Below, piece after piece: positions 1-13,919 of a stretch of 64,000 nucleotides of DNA. The translations under genes were made by a program, and so were the position numbers. The notes beneath the pieces were generated by a model. The model was not told the origin of the DNA. It saw only the letters and a program-made list of their open reading frames with translations, and searched no databases. The DNA lies in the NCBI RefSeq assembly GCF_036321535.1, contig NC_087447.1:49416001-49480000 (forward strand). The letters are read 5' to 3'. Source of the stretch: Camelus dromedarius. Lineage: Eukaryota. Every line of letters begins with the position of its first letter. Position 1 is the first letter of the stretch.

Positions 1-2449
1 ATGGTTGCTCCCAGGGTGCCCAGTTAGAGCAGTCATCATACTACCTGTTCAGTCCTATGCAGGTATTTGTCTCATCTCCTCTTTCCCCCTGGACCCTGGG
101 AGTTCCTAAAGGGCAGTGACAGTTTCTGACTAATTCTCATTGTCACTTTCATATGGGATGCATTTCAAATCCAGATGCAGGATGGATGTGATGACTTCTG
201 ATCCTTGGAGTGCTGGATATGTAAAGTTTTCTCTTCTAAGTGAGAGATAAAGCAGAATCCCATGGCTTACAGAACAAGGCAAGGTACCACCCATTATTGA
301 TTTTTGTCTTTTTCTTCCAAATTACTCAGGAAACCTGTCTGGAAGGGAGAGGGACGCCTCCCTGGACTACAGGGGAAACAGAGAGAGAGAAGGAAAAGGA
401 GAGAAAGCAGGGCTACCATTACATGGACTAGAGCCAGGCCTGGGCACCAGACTTCGGGCAGCACCTCCTCCCCTGCCCAGTGTATTTAGTAAACACAAGG
501 AGAGCCCTGAAAATGTTAAGTATGGATAGCTCCAATTTAAAATTGGGAAAACTGAGGTCCAAAAAGGTGAAAATAACTGCCTAAGAGCACAGGGAGTTGT
601 GGAAAAGGCCTGGCCCCCAAAATAGGGTCCCCCAACAGGTCTGGGTTGCTCATGGGGTCCCCATCCTGCTAACAACCTATGCCAGCAGGGGAGCAGTAAC
701 ACTTCCCCCCGAGTCACAAAGAGGCTAGCCAAGGCCCAAGAGGGGCTGATGGCGAAGCAGCACACAAGACACGAAGGAGAGGAGAAAGGGCTCCTGACTC
801 TCTACAGGGAGAAAAGTCTGACCTCAATGGCCAGAAGGATCTTGGCTTTGGGGGACATGGACGTGGCGGAGAAGGGTCACACATCCTCACATGCTCCTGC
901 TGAGGACAGATACCTAGGTCACAATCCTGGCCAGCTGGTTGCAGTGGGGACCAGCCATCAAGGTGAACGCAGAGGCATGGCACAATCTTCCGAAACCTCC
1001 CCCGCCAGCCTGGGCCTGCACACTCATAGCAGGCCATCCCATCTACGAGGGGCTGGCCAGTGCCCAAGGGTGAGCCACAGAGAAATGGGCCAAGTGGGCT
1101 CCAGCCTCTGCCCCTGCCTCTGACCCCTCTTGACCTTAAGCCAGTCAGGTAACCTCTCTAAGCTCTGGTTCCTCTTCTGGAAAACAGGAAGAAGAAAATT
1201 AATCTCCTTGAAGAGCTGTCAGGAGGACGGCTGGGAAGCAGTTTCTAAACCTTAGGAGTACAAGTTATCTCTGAGCCTCAGTTTCTTCTTCTGGAAAATG
1301 GAAAAATATCTAGGAGACTTTTCTTAGGCTGTTGAGAGAGAGTGTCAGATGCAGGGGGTGTTACATTGCATCGTCAGTGGTCCTGAAACATGATAACCAC
1401 AGGGGCCATTTCTCCCCAGTGTTTTAGCTACTTTGGAGAAGGAATGGGTCTTACACATCTTTGATCCCCACACTATGCCTCATACACCCCAGGCGTTAAA
1501 TAAATAATTATTGGAAGCAAAGAGAGGGTAAGGGCAAGTGGAGAGGGGGAAGAAAGGAGGAAGAAGTGGGACACAAGGATAAAAGAAGGTAAAGAAAGAA
1601 AAGAATGAGTAAGAGGGGGTTGCAGGAGGGGTAAGAGGAGATGAGGGAAAAGTGTGTCAGAACTTAAGTAAGCTGGCAGAGTGAGTGGTAGAACTAGGGT
1701 AACAAAACTAAGCGCCTGACCAGGGCTTGTCTTGGGCCCCAGCCCCCTCCCCTTTTTGTCCCAGTTTCCCATTTTGGAGGCATACCTCTCCCTTTCTGAG
1801 TCAGGGCAGGCTCCTAAAGAGACAGGAGCCCCTCTTCACACCCCCAGCTCAGGAGATACTGGCCACCACCACAGGCTTCAGGAGGTCAGAGGGAAAGGAA
1901 ATGCTGGATGGCAGGCATTTTTCCCAGGCTCCAGGGGGGCCTCCCACCCTGGGTGGTGTGTGTGTTTCCACTTCTCACTTCGTGGGGACTGGAGTGAGTG
2001 TGTCAGAGGCCAGGGACTGTTAGCACATGACCTGGGGTGTCAGTCTGATGTGTGTCTGTGGGGGTCAGCGTTGGTGTTATCTTGAGAACAACACCATGTT
2101 AGTGAGATACGTGCCAGCACAAGAGTTCCTGTCACTGTGACAACGTGCGTGTCTCAGTGAGAGTGCTTGTTCCAGGTAGTGCAAATGACAGTGCATGTGT
2201 GTGTCAGGGTAGGCAAACATGTGTGCACCAGCATGAAGGTGTGTTAGCCTTGACATGTGTAGGAGTGTGACCCGTGTATGCCAACACGACTGTCAGCAAG
2301 ACCGTGTTGATGAGTGCGTACCAGGGAGTGTGTGCCGGTGTGTCACTGGATGTGATGAGATGTGGCAGTGAATGTCAGTGTCTGCAAGCATGAGCTCTCT
2401 CATGGATGAGTGTGTCCACATGGGCGTGTGTGCCATTGTGTGTCAACCT

Positions 2450-3450
2450 ACCCACTGCGTCCCTGCGCCGGCTGGCTAGTGCTGGGTGTCAGCGAATGAG
2501 TGCGTGTGAGTGCCTCCGCCGCCTCTAGGTCTCCCAGCCCCCGGCCCTGCAGGCGACCACAAGGGAGACCTCGGGCGGAGGAGTGCCGAGAGCCGCGGAG
2601 CAAGCGCCGGCGCGGCCGGGGTGGCCGCGCACGCAGAGCCGGGACGCGCGGTCTAGAACCCCCGCCCGCGCCCGCGCCCGGGTCGCCCCCACGCTCGCGG
2701 GGCCGGCCGCCGCCCGCACTCACCGCGTCCCTTTGTCGCCCATGGTCCGTGGCGGCCGCAGGGAGGTCCACGGCGTCAGCTCCCAGGCTGGAAAATCCCC
2801 GGCCGGCAGGAGGGGCGCGGGCCAGCCGGCTCCGGGCTCCTGCTCCGCCTCCTCCGCGCTCCCGGCCGCCGCCCCCGCCCGGTCCCGCCGCGCCGCACAG
2901 AGCCCGCCGCACAGCGCCCGCCGCGGCCGGGGCGGGGAGCCGGGGAGGCGCGGAGCCAGGGAGCCGAGCAGCCGAGCGATGGTGGGGGCGCGCGGGGGCC
3001 CGTGTGCGCGTGTGTGAGCGCCGCCTAGGCAGCCGCCAGGGCCTGGACGCGTCAGGGCCCGGAGGTCAGCATTCGTGGTCCACAGGGGTGCTGTCGGGGG
3101 CGCGCGCGGGCGCGCGCGCGCGCGTGTGTGTGTACGGGAAGGAGCACGCTTGGGTGGGTATACGTGCGCGTGTGTGCACGCGAGGGTGCGGGTGCGTGTG
3201 CACCGTGGTGTGCGCCCCCGACTGGGGAGTGCGTTTGCCTGGCTGGAGCGGGGTGCACGTCTTTGTGCGGTGTGCGTGTATGTAGGCGCGCTCCCTCGCG
3301 CACACCGAAGGTCTGCCCCTGACCCCAAGGCCGAGCTCGAGGCAGCGCCCCTGGTTGGGGGAGGGTGGGTGTGGATTCGGTGGGAAACTCCGGGTGCCCG
3401 CGGTGGCCTTCGCCCGACGCCCCACCCTCCCCGCCACCCCAACTCCCCGC
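2450..3450. promoter_or_regulatory. ARRB1: CpG island: ARRB1 promoter and 5'UTR
   Basis: Very GC- and CpG-rich block around ARRB1 exon 1 with several GC boxes; boundaries approximate. Confidence 0.9.
2724..2743 (-). CDS. ARRB1: Beta-arrestin-1, coding exon 1 (MGDKGT-R); rest of gene lies left of the window
   Basis: Minus strand reads accATGGGCGACAAAGGGACGCG|GTGAGT: known arrestin beta-1 N-terminus, strong Kozak context, canonical donor at 2723-2718, inside a CpG island, syntenic with RPS3/KLHL35/GDPD5. Confidence 0.96.
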
Positions 3451-4710
3451 CCTTCTGGAGAGAGAACACCCAACCACCCAACAAGGAAGAAGAGGCGGTG
3501 GGGACTGATGAAGGCAGTGTCAATGCTGAGGAGCTGACGAGAGTGGGAGGGGGACCAGAGGCGAGCGGTGGTGGTTGTGGTGCCTGCTCCGGAAGAGGAA
3601 GCACTGAAAAGAGGAGATAAGGAAGGGGGCATAGAGTTGGCTTGCTGTGGCCTGGGAATCTGACCTGGCTGGCTTTAATGGAAAAGCCCCCATCTAGCTT
3701 CATGGTCGGCTGTGGGTGACCCTGGACATTCGCCCTCTCAAAACCAACCTACAAATACCAGCTTGCAGAATTGTTCCTGGGTGTTTGCTGGCCTCCACTG
3801 AGTGCCTGACACACAGTAGGTGTCCAGTGAATGTTAGCCCATCCCTCTGCACGCTGCTTGGTGTCCTGTAAAATCCTGATTGGACCGTGCTTTGTGGAGA
3901 TCCCTTCCTGCTCTGCATGTAGTGGGAGAGTGTGAGGTCTTTCCCACCCCCTCACTGCTGGGATTTGGCTAATTGGCCCTGATAGGGCCCTAATATTGCC
4001 ATATTAATGGGAGGAAAGGAAGCTATCATTTACTCTGATGTGATTGTGGGTCTGTAAACATCTCCTATAATTATGCTCAGAAGCAGTTACCTATGCTGGT
4101 TATATATAATTGGGAAAGAATATCCCAGTCTAATTACTATAATTATGTCCGGATGGGTAGGTGGTTGAGGAGGGGGAGTGTTGATGGGCAGGCAGGGTGG
4201 TCCAGAATCTGGGCGATGTTAGGAATTAGGAGAGTTGGATTAGGGCCCAGAACCTTCCTCCTGGCCTTGGCCTCTGGGCTTCACCCTCACTCCCACAGGG
4301 GAAGGAGAGGAAGCCACCTGCGATTTCTGCTGAGGGCAGGGACTTGAGAGGAGCACACCAGAGTCCTGCATGATGACAGGAGGCTTACCCAGTGAGCCAG
4401 AGAGGGCTCTGACCAGGATGGAAAGGCCAGGTCCTGCCACTGTCTGCATCAGTTTCCCCACCTAGAAAATGCAGCATCCATCCAACCACATGATCTCCAG
4501 TGCCTCTCCTCATAATGATGCTCAAAGCACCTGGATTTAAAAATTCAGGCAGATTCTGCATTTGACTCAATAAATATTTGTGTTTAGTTTACAATAAAAC
4601 ATAATGTTGTAAATTACTTCCAAGTAAATAATCGAAGAAGATGTATTAGATGCATCCCACATAGGTCTCCCCAGCCCAGTTTGTAAAGCATAGCTTTAAC
4701 ATTCTAGGGA

Positions 4711-4844
4711 GGGGGAAGGTATAGCTCAAGTGGTAGAGCGCATGCTAAGCATGATTGAGGTCCTGGGTTCAATCCCCAGTACTTCCTCTAAAAATAAATA
4801 AATAAACCTAATTACCTCCCCCTCAAAAAAATAAAAAATAAAAA
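4711..4844 (+). mobile_element. tRNA-Ala-derived SINE (Vic-1-like, camelid)
   Basis: A box TAGCTCAAGTGG, B box GGTTCAATCC, A-rich tail, TSD aacatTctaggga (4698-4710) / aacatCctaggga (4845-4857). Confidence 0.88.
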
Positions 4845-5399
4845 AACATCCTAGGGAAGCTGAACAGATTGGTAGACTAGAATCAACATGCAGGGTTTCA
4901 AGTACATGCCCCCCTCCACTAGCCTATAAACTTCATGAGGGGGAATATGGTGCACCTGACACTAATTAATGCTCACAATTCTATGAGATAAATGCTATTT
5001 TCCCTTTTTTACAAATCAGCAAACTGATAGTTGGAGAATAAGCAGTTTGCCCCAAACTGTTGCCTCCTCTGGACCTTGGTCTCTGACCTCGCGTTGGGCC
5101 CTCCCCAGAGGGAAGCAAATGAGTACTAGAGCCAGAGTGTGGCCCTTGATGCACTCTTCATTAAAGAACTGTTGAACGTGCCATGTGTGGTTCTAGGAAC
5201 TTACAAATCACGGTCAATAGGACAAATGGAGTTGTCATTCCAGTGAGGGATCTCAATGGGAGAAGAGGAGTTAAGGGAGTATTTTTGCTTTACATGTCAG
5301 GCTCTTTGGATAACATAGTCATGTATTTCTAGTAGAATTAAAATTAATAAAAATGTAAAAGTAGTCATGTCGAGGAGACTTCTATAAATATAAAAAGTC

Positions 5400-5960
5400 T
5401 AATTTCGGGCATTGATAAGTGTTGTGAAGGAAATAAAACAGTGACGGAACAAAGAGTGGTGGGGAAAGTGTACTTAGGAAAAGGCTCTTCACGGAGACAA
5501 CCTCTGGGTGGAGACCTGCAAGTGAGGACTCAGCGCTGTGTGCTGTGCAGGGAGAGCCAGGGGAAGGGCTGCCCGGGGAGGGGGAGCAGCAAGTGTGGAG
5601 GCTGGGCCTTCCTGAAGCAAAGGAGCAAGGACAGGGTGCCTGGGTCTGGGGAACAAGGAAGGAGTGGTGCAGTCATGCGGATCTTGGGGCTAGGGCTGAG
5701 GAGTTTGGGGAGCTGGTGGAGGACTTAGGAGATGAGTAACAGTACCTGCTCTACATTTTTAAAAGTCACTGGCTGTTGGATGGAGATGTTTTGGAGTGAG
5801 ACGAGAGCAGAGGCAGGGCATCCCATTATTGGAGCCAGCAAGAGAGAACAGATGGTGGTTGGACTAAGGTGATGGCAGCAGAAATGAAGAGAAATAAAGG
5901 GGCTGTTCATCCATATTTGGAGGTAGAGCCAACAGCACCTGCTGAGGAACTGACCGGGCA
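5400..5960 (-). mobile_element. Degenerate LINE-2 fragment
   Basis: Resembles the antisense L2 3' region; boundaries approximate. Confidence 0.5.
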
Positions 5961-7649
5961 TTGAAGGACCTGGGATTACTCTGAGGGCCTACACGCTCCA
6001 CGCAGGCCACCTCCCACACATTTCTCCAAGGCCACTGATGGTCGAGAGGCCTGGATGCTCCTTCCTTCCTGTCTCAACTTATTTGTAATACATCTTCCAC
6101 CTGAAAACCAGAGTGATTTTTCTAGAAGGCAAATAGACTCTATTGCTGAGGCTCATAGGAGATGGTCATCTCCACCTGTGTCCCAACTTGGGCCAGTCAC
6201 ATGCCTGAAATTCATCACTCACAATAACTTTTTACCCAGGAGGGAGGGAGGGAGAAAGGGAGAGAGAAGGGAAGGGAAAGGAAGAGAGGAGAGTAAGTAT
6301 TATTTCTGCTTGATAGATGAGAAAGTGAAGGCTCTGGGAAGGAAAGTGCCTAAGCCAAGGACATAACAAATAAAAGGTAGAGCTGCAACTCACACCTAAA
6401 GCTTCTGCTTACCTGGTCAAGTAGTTGAATGTCAGACTGAAGTGTGAGTGAGTGGGTGGGTGGGTAGATGAGTTTTCAGCTTCCTGTCCAACAAAGGATG
6501 TGAGGTTGAGAGGCACACACCTTTGAGATATTAAAGGTGAATAAGGAACTTTCCTATCTCTGCCCCAACCAGAAATCTGGGGGTCATCCTTGATTCTTCC
6601 TTTGCTCCCCTCAGTCCATACCAAGTTGGTCCCCTACTTCTGCCTCCTGAGGGTCTCCCAGTAAAGCTGCAGAGGTAGGCAGGAGCCAGACTATACTGAG
6701 CCTGGAGGGTCTTGTTAAGGAATTTGGTCTTTATCCAAAGATCAATGAAAGCTTTGAAAGGTTTTCAACAGAGCAGTGGTATGCTCAGACATGTGTTTTG
6801 AGAAGATGCCTCTGGCTGTTGTATGAAAAATGGATTGGACGGAGGCCAGAGGGGATGCAGAGGGGGAGACCAATTAGGAGGGCAGTGTCAGCAGTTTAGG
6901 GAGGGACGATAACTGCATTCCAGGGAGAGGACACGTAACAGCTGCAAAGCCAGGGAGGAAGGAAAGGGCATGACACTTTGGAAGGATTCAGATGGATCTG
7001 TGGCCAAAGCACAGAGAGGGGAGGGGAGGCCCTGGAAAGGAGGATGAGGGCCTTATCCTGAGGAAGCAGGCTCACAGATGGGTCAGCTGCCCAGTTTGGC
7101 AGGGGCTGTTTTACATTTGTCTAACAAGATCTCCAGTTTGTCTAACAAGACTTCTTTATGGTGGGATTACTAGTATTTAACTAGGTGGACAATTCAAGAC
7201 TCTTATTTGTAATCGCCAAAAACCAATTCTGGCTGACTTAATCATACAAAGAACTTACTGGCGAGATATTCATGCAGCTACTACTACTAAACAATGGACA
7301 CCACAACTCATAACCCTATTGCTAGAACCAAACCTAGCCCTACTGCTGCTCCAGAAACAAGATATGGCCACTGCCACCTCTGTTGCCAAAATGGATTCTT
7401 TGCTGGCCCTACATCTTTGGAGTCAAAGTCCCCCATGCATCTGATTGGCTGAGCCTAGTCATGTGCCCTTGGCTAGGTCATGTGATCCTACCCTTGCTGC
7501 AAGGACACTGAGAAACTGTGGTTGGCATTTGTGATTCCATACTTCAAGGCAGGCTTTAACTTATTCCAAGATTCAAAGTGTGGAGGAGTCCCCAAACATG
7601 AGTAAGAAGGTTTGAGGCTGAGTAGCCAAAAAAAAAATACAAATATCCA

Positions 7650-8420
7650 CTTAACTGTGAAATGCAGTAGAAGGGAACTTTCTCAAGTTTACTAAAGGGG
7701 AACTATGAAAAACTTACAACTAAAATGATACTTAAAGTTGAAATACCGAATGCTTTCCCTGTAAGATCAAGAATAAGGCAAGGCTTTCAGTCCTTGCCAC
7801 TTCTGTTTCACATGATACAAGAGGTCCTAGCCATTGCAATAAGGAATAAAAAGAAATAAAAGGCACAAAGATTGGAAAGAAAGGAATAGAGCTGCCTATA
7901 TTTGGAGAAGGCACGATTGTTAACATAGAAAATACTAAGGAATGTACAAACAACTACTAGAATTAATCAATGAAGGCAATATATAAAAATTAATTGTGTT
8001 TTCATACACTAGCAGGAAAGAACTGAAAATGAAGTTTAAAATTCTGTTTACAAGAGCATCAAAAAACATAAAATTAGTAAATTGAAACTTTACCTACACT
8101 GAGAATTATAAAACATTGTTGAGAGACATCAAAGGAGATCTAAATAAATGAAAAAAATATAATAAAATCATGGTTTAGAAGATTCATTATTAGGCTGTTA
8201 TTTTCCCAAAAATCAGTCTATAAATTCTATACAATCCAAATCAACTTTTTTTTTCAGTAGACCTTTACAGAGGAAACTTATATGAAAAGAGTTAAATCAG
8301 TCTTGGGGGAAAAAAAGTGACAAAGTTGGAGGACACACACTGTATGATTTCATGAAGACTGAATAGTACTGATGTAAGGACAGACAACTAGATTAATGGA
8401 AGGGAAAGAGGCCCACAGAT
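7650..8420 (+). mobile_element. Old L1 (L1M) ORF2 fragment
   Basis: Degenerate L1 ORF2 motifs (gctttccctgtaagatcaagaataaggcaagg; aaactactagaattaatcaatgaa; ataaaacattgttgagagac). Confidence 0.7.
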
Positions 8421-8940
8421 CAATTATCAACGTCCCCTTCTAGATTGTAAACTCCGTATTTGTGTCTAAATCTATTTGGTCCCTTGCTGCATCCTCAGAG
8501 TCTAAACAGGGCTGAATTAATGAATAAATGTAATGTAACAATAATCAGAGCATAGTACATAGTAGGTGCTCAATGAATATTTATTAAATAAGTGCATTTT
8601 AAAGAATGAAGTGGGCATAACAAAGGTCAAACTATGCCTCCCAGACACCCAACTTGGGAGGCGCAGAAACCACCCTACCTTAATCTATCCCATGCCACTT
8701 CTCCTAGCTCCATTCCTCGGAGTCCTTTCTCACTTGACCTTAGCCACCCAGAAATCAGAATCACCAGCTCCCTGATCTTCGCCCTGCCTACCCTCCTACT
8801 GCAGACTCTCCAAACTTCAGAAAGTGGAACATGCTGTCCGTTCTAGAGGTGACACCCACAAGCCTTGGGTTCCTTGGTCTCCTCCAGCAGAACAAAGACT
8901 GTCAAAAGTGACAAGTGGAGCTAGCACTGCCCCCTCAGAA

Positions 8941-9052
8941 AGGGTGAACAAGTGCCCAGGTTTGCCCAGGACAGAGGGGTTTCCTGAGACAAAGGACTTT
9001 TCAGATTTAAAACTAGGACAATGGTGGGCAAACCAGGAAGGTTGCTCACCAT
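8941..9052. mobile_element. MER94-like hAT MITE
   Basis: Inverted termini agggtgaacaa...ttgctcacc with internal ggtttgccc / gggcaaacc palindrome. Confidence 0.65.
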
Positions 9053-10269
9053 ACCTTCCAGGAATCCTCCCCCAACCTCCTTCAGCCTGAAAAGAAAAGT
9101 CAAAAGGACTATATCCTTCCCATGGTGGGGAGAGCCAGCTCCAAGTTGAGCAGTCTTTTGTAATGATTGGTTTAAATGTCAAAAGCAAAGATGGCTCTGT
9201 ATCCTCAGCCCCAACACAGGGTCTGAAGCTCAGCAAGTGCTAGGTACACGGTTGGATGAAGGAACAGCCTGAAGGAGCAGAGGAAAGGGGCCCGGCCTCT
9301 GGGAACACCCTTACCCAAGGGGGGCTGTTTTCTGCAGCCACAAGCTTGCACTCCCTCAGCCTTATCCAGCCTTCTCACCATGCACATTCTATCAAGCACC
9401 AACATTTGAACCAGTGTTCCACATTTACATACATTTAAATTATTTTTATAAAATATTTTTATAATACATGTTTTCTTAATGCTTTAATGCAGAACGTTAC
9501 CAGGGGAAAACTCAGTCTTACTCCATCCCAGCCCATCCTGCTCTTGGCCCACTCTTTAAAGAAAACCGGTAAGCTATTCTCATTGGAGATGCGGTGGCTT
9601 TTACCACCATCAGATTTATCAAATCTGATTAATATGCATATACTTCCATTTCTTGATTTACCAGCTATATTAATAGCTATTGACTCCCTCATGAAAAGAT
9701 GAAGACATCTGCTCACTTACCCTACTGCTCATCTTCCAGTTTCTTCCACATTGTGTTAGTTATAGTGTGAGTTTATTCTTCTATTCATTACTGCTTCAAG
9801 CTCAATGAATCTTTATTTCCACTTCCTTCTTCTTTAGCTGTATCCCGTGGTTTCTACTATGTAAAATGAAGAAGTTAGCACCGTACTCTGTCCCACCTCT
9901 CCTCCACCTCAACCTTCTAACTCTTGACAGCTATACTATTTATTACTTTTACATCACCAAGAATTACAATATTCATATATGTTCTGTAACCATAATTAAG
10001 TCTTTCATGCTTTATCTAGAGTAATTCTGATCATTTAAATCCAATAAATGGCATTTAGAACCTTATGATTACAAATAAATTCTAATTTGACATTAGATTG
10101 GATTCATAAAACAAGAAAGGGCTCCTAGTAAATGAATCAATTAGAAAACAGGAAAGAGTTCTGGGAAATGAAAAATATGATTGCCAAAATAAAAAATATA
10201 ATTTGAAAGTCTAGAAGCTAGTGCCAGAAACTAGAGAAGTGCTTAAATAAATCAGAATGAGGGTGTGTC

Positions 10270-10940
10270 GAAGGGACATAGGTGCCAACCTGAAAGAGCT
10301 CTCAATAGCCAAAGATGGGACAATTTGAGCAACAAAATAATGGACTAATAGAGTGTAACTCAAAGTATAAAATAAATATGCATGAGTCTATGCTGATCTA
10401 AATAAGTGATTAAATAAATAAACACATGGGGAGAAGGGGCAAATCTTCCTTACAGAAGAATTCCAAATAACATATGTAGATACTCTTCCCTCCAGATGGA
10501 GCTTAATTGGCTCTCTGCCCATGAATGTGTGCTGGACTTAGTGACTCACTGCCAAAGAATAAAGTATGGAAAGGGAAAAAACAGTAACTTTACAATAGAC
10601 AAACCTGACAAACTGCCTTAGGTGACCAAGGATACCATCACCAGCTGATGTCATGTGATGAGTGGGGCACCTCACCTTTGTAATGTTCTCCCCAAAACAC
10701 TTCATCCCAGACTAATCATGAGAAAGAAATTCAAATGGAGGGACATTCTACAAAATATCTGACAAATACTCTTCAATACTTTCAAAGTTTAAAAAAAAAT
10801 GATGAAAAGCAAGGAAAGACTAAAGGCTGTCCCTGAGGTGACTCGGGAGACAGGATGACTAAATACAATGTGGTATGCTGGATTGGGACAGAAAAAAAAA
10901 AAAAGGATATTACTGGACAAACTGTTGAAATGCTAATAAA
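10270..10940 (+). mobile_element. Old L1 3'UTR (L1MC/MD-like), interrupted by younger L1 and resuming ~12990-13150
   Basis: Motifs tcaaatggagggacattctacaaaata, gactaaatacaatgtggtatgctggattgg; continuation ggaactctctgtattatctttgcaact. Confidence 0.6.
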
Positions 10941-10959
10941 ATCTAATAAAAATTTGGGA

Positions 10960-12500
10960 AAACAAGAGCAAAAATAAACTAATGGGACTACATCAAACTA
11001 AAAAGCTTTTGCACAGTGAAGGAAACTATCAACAAAATGAAAAGGCAGCTACTGAATGGGAGAAGATAATTGCAAATGATATATTCAATAAGAGATTCAT
11101 ATCTGAAATACACAAAGAATGAATACAACTCAACATTAAAAAAAGCCCAATTGAAAAATGGGCAGAGGATCTAGACATTTTTCCAAAGCAGACATACATA
11201 TGGCCAATAGCACATCAAAAGATGCTCAACATCACTAATCGTCAGTGAAATGTCAATCAAAACCACAATGAGATACCACCTCATACCTGTCAGAATGACT
11301 GTTACCAAAAAGTTAACAAGTAACAAGTATTGGTGAGGATGTGGAGAAAAGGGAACCTTCCTACACTGTTGAAGGGAATGTAAATTGGTGCAGCCACTAT
11401 GGAAAACAGTATGGCGAGTCCCTCAAAATTAAAAATAGAACTACCAAATGATCCAGCAAGTCCACTCCTGGGTATTTATCTAAAGAAAATAAAAATACTA
11501 ATTCAAAAAGATACGTATACTCCTATGTTCATTGTAGCTTTATTTACAATAGCCAAGGTGTGGGAGCAACCCAAGTGCCCATCAGTAGATGAATAGATAA
11601 AGATGTTTCATATATACACATACTCAGATATATATATATAATAGAATATTACTCAGCCATATAAAGAATGAAATCTTGCCATTTGGGACAACATAGATAG
11701 ACCTAGAGGGTATTATGCTAAATGAAATAAGAGTCAGACAGAGAAAGACAAACACTATATGATTTCCCTTATATATGGAATCTAAAAAGCAAAACAAATG
11801 GTCAAACATAACTAAACAGAAACAAGAGTCATAGTTGCAGAGAACAAACAGGAGGTTGCCAGAGGGGTGGGAGAAGAGAAACAGGTGAGGGAGATTAAGA
11901 GGTACAAACTTCCAGTTGCAAAATAAGTGAGTCAATGGTATGAAATGTACAGTGAGGGAAATATAGTTAATAAGTATGTAATATTTTAGTGTGGTGATAC
12001 ATAGTAACTAGACATCCTGCTAATCATTTAAAAAATATGAAATATTGAATCACTATATAGTGTAACAAGGACTAACATAGTGCTGTAAATGAATTATACT
12101 TCAAAAACAAACAAACTCATAGAAAAAGAGATCAGATTTGTGGTTACCAGAGGCAGGGGGTTGGGGGAGAGAGAATTGGAGGAAAGTTGGCAAAAGGTAC
12201 TAACTTCTAATTATAAGATAAATAAGTATTAGAAATGTAACGCACAACATGAAAAATATAATTAGCACTGCTGTATGTTTTATATGAAAGTTAGGAGAGT
12301 AAATCCTAAGAGTTCTCATCACAAGGGGAAAAAATTTTCTATCCCTTTAGTTTTGTATCTATATGAGATAATGGATGTTCACTAAACTTATGGCAGTAAT
12401 CATTTCGTGATGTATGTAAGTCAAATCATTATGCTGTGTATTTTAAACTTCAGCAGTGCTGCATATCAATTATGTTTCAGTACAACTGGAAGAAAAAAAT
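10960..12500 (+). mobile_element. 5'-truncated L1: ORF2 C-terminal remnant plus tandem 3'UTRs
   Basis: gggactacatcaaactaaaaagctt...; ORF 11399-11596 is L1 ORF2-like (KIELPNDPASPLLGIY...MFIVALFTIAKVWEQPKCPS); stops and frameshifts present. Confidence 0.9.
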
Positions 12501-12694
12501 CTTTTAAGCATAGGATAACACCATGGTCATAGTTTTTAGATTTCTATTTGTTTTTCCTTGGGATTATTTTGTGTTTTATCATGTTTCTTCCAAAAATTAA
12601 GCACTTTGTATCTTAGACTATGCAAGGGCAAAAGATGCTGCTTTTCACCCTCACCTGGGAATTTTGTAGTCTTGTTTTTATCATTATTTGATAG

Positions 12695-12847
12695 CTCATG
12701 GTGAAAAAGAATATGAAAATGAATATATATACATATATATATATATATATATTCATGCATGACTGAAAAATTGTGCTGTGCACCAGAAATTGACACATTA
12801 TAAACTGACTAGAACTCAAAAAATAAAAAAAATTTTTAAATAAAATA
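12695..12847 (+). mobile_element. Young short L1 3' end with TSD
   Basis: caccagaaattgacaca...taaactgacta terminus, A tail, TSD atcattatttgatag (12680-12694) / atcattatttgagag (12848-12862). Confidence 0.8.
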
Positions 12848-13744
12848 ATCATTATTTGAGAGTTTTCATTCTGTGTAATTAATCAAATGCCTTAAATTTG
12901 AGTGTCAGAAACTTGATTTGTAATTGGAATTGTATTTTATTTCAGTTAATGAAAATAAATTGATTTTCATAATATTCTTTTTAAAAAAGAAAGGTTCAGT
13001 AATAGTAATGAATGTTACCCTGTTAGTTTTGATGTACTATGGTAATGTAGGATGCTAATTTTAGAGGAAGCTGGGTGAAGGGTAATGGGAACTCTCTGTA
13101 TTATCTTTGCAACTTCTCTGTAAATCTAAAATATTCTGAAGTAAAAAATTTACATAAAACATGCCTGCAAGCAAAAATCATGGAATTCTCCAAGAATATA
13201 GAGACAAGAAAGATTTTTTAAATAAGGGGGAAAATTTGAGTCATAAAAGATCTTTTCAAGAGGCCTGATTTTTATCTAATGAGAATTCCAGAGAGAAAAG
13301 GGAAAACAGAAGTAAGAAAATAATCAGATAAATCATAGAAGAGAAAAAAAAAAAAAAAACACTGAAACAACAACAACAACACTGAAAAATCACCTTTAGA
13401 TTAAAAGTGTCCATTAAATGCCAGAAGAATCAAAGGGTGCATAATTAGGATCTCATGAGGTTTCAGAAAACCTAGCAGCTTCTGGAAATTAAAAACAAAC
13501 AAGCAGGTTGTCCATTAAGGAATAAGCTGGCATTGGGCTTCCCTGAAGCTAGAAACTATGAAACAATGACCTGCAAAATTCTGAGAGAAATGTTTTTGAA
13601 CCAGCCTAACTGAAAAACAAATGTACAGGCAAAACAGACTTGTGAGAATGAATAGTTTACCTCCTATGCACTCATGCTGAAAAAAATTACTTGAGTTTGT
13701 ACTCCAGGAAAACAAAAAAAAAAAAGGTAACGTAATGTGCTGTT

Positions 13745-13919
13745 TTGATTCTCAAAGTAGAGTTTCAGAAGCAGCATCTGGCAGCAGATTAGAAATGCAA
13801 ATTCTCAGGACCCACCCCTGACCCACTGAATCAGAAACTCTAGGGGTGGGGCCCAGCGATCTGTGTTTTAGCAAGTCTTCTGGGTGATTCTGGCAAGAGC
13901 TCAAGTTTGAGAACCACTG
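13745..13919. mobile_element. MER5A-like hAT-Charlie MITE
   Basis: ttagaaatgcaaattctc...actgaatcagaaactct...aagtttgagaaccactg. Confidence 0.8.

Noticed and set aside
1..2700. MIR326, known from ARRB1 intron 1 in human
   Set aside because: No matching hairpin seen; it is expected further into the intron, outside this window.
2448..3703. Long overlapping ORFs (154-327 aa) over the ARRB1 promoter
   Set aside because: Stop-poor GC-rich CpG island; low-complexity Arg/Ala/Pro/Gly products. Only the terminal MGDKGTR is real coding sequence.
4711..4790. tRNA-Ala genes (also at 19231, 22977, ~46585)
   Set aside because: Degenerate stems, A-rich tails and TSDs show they are SINEs.
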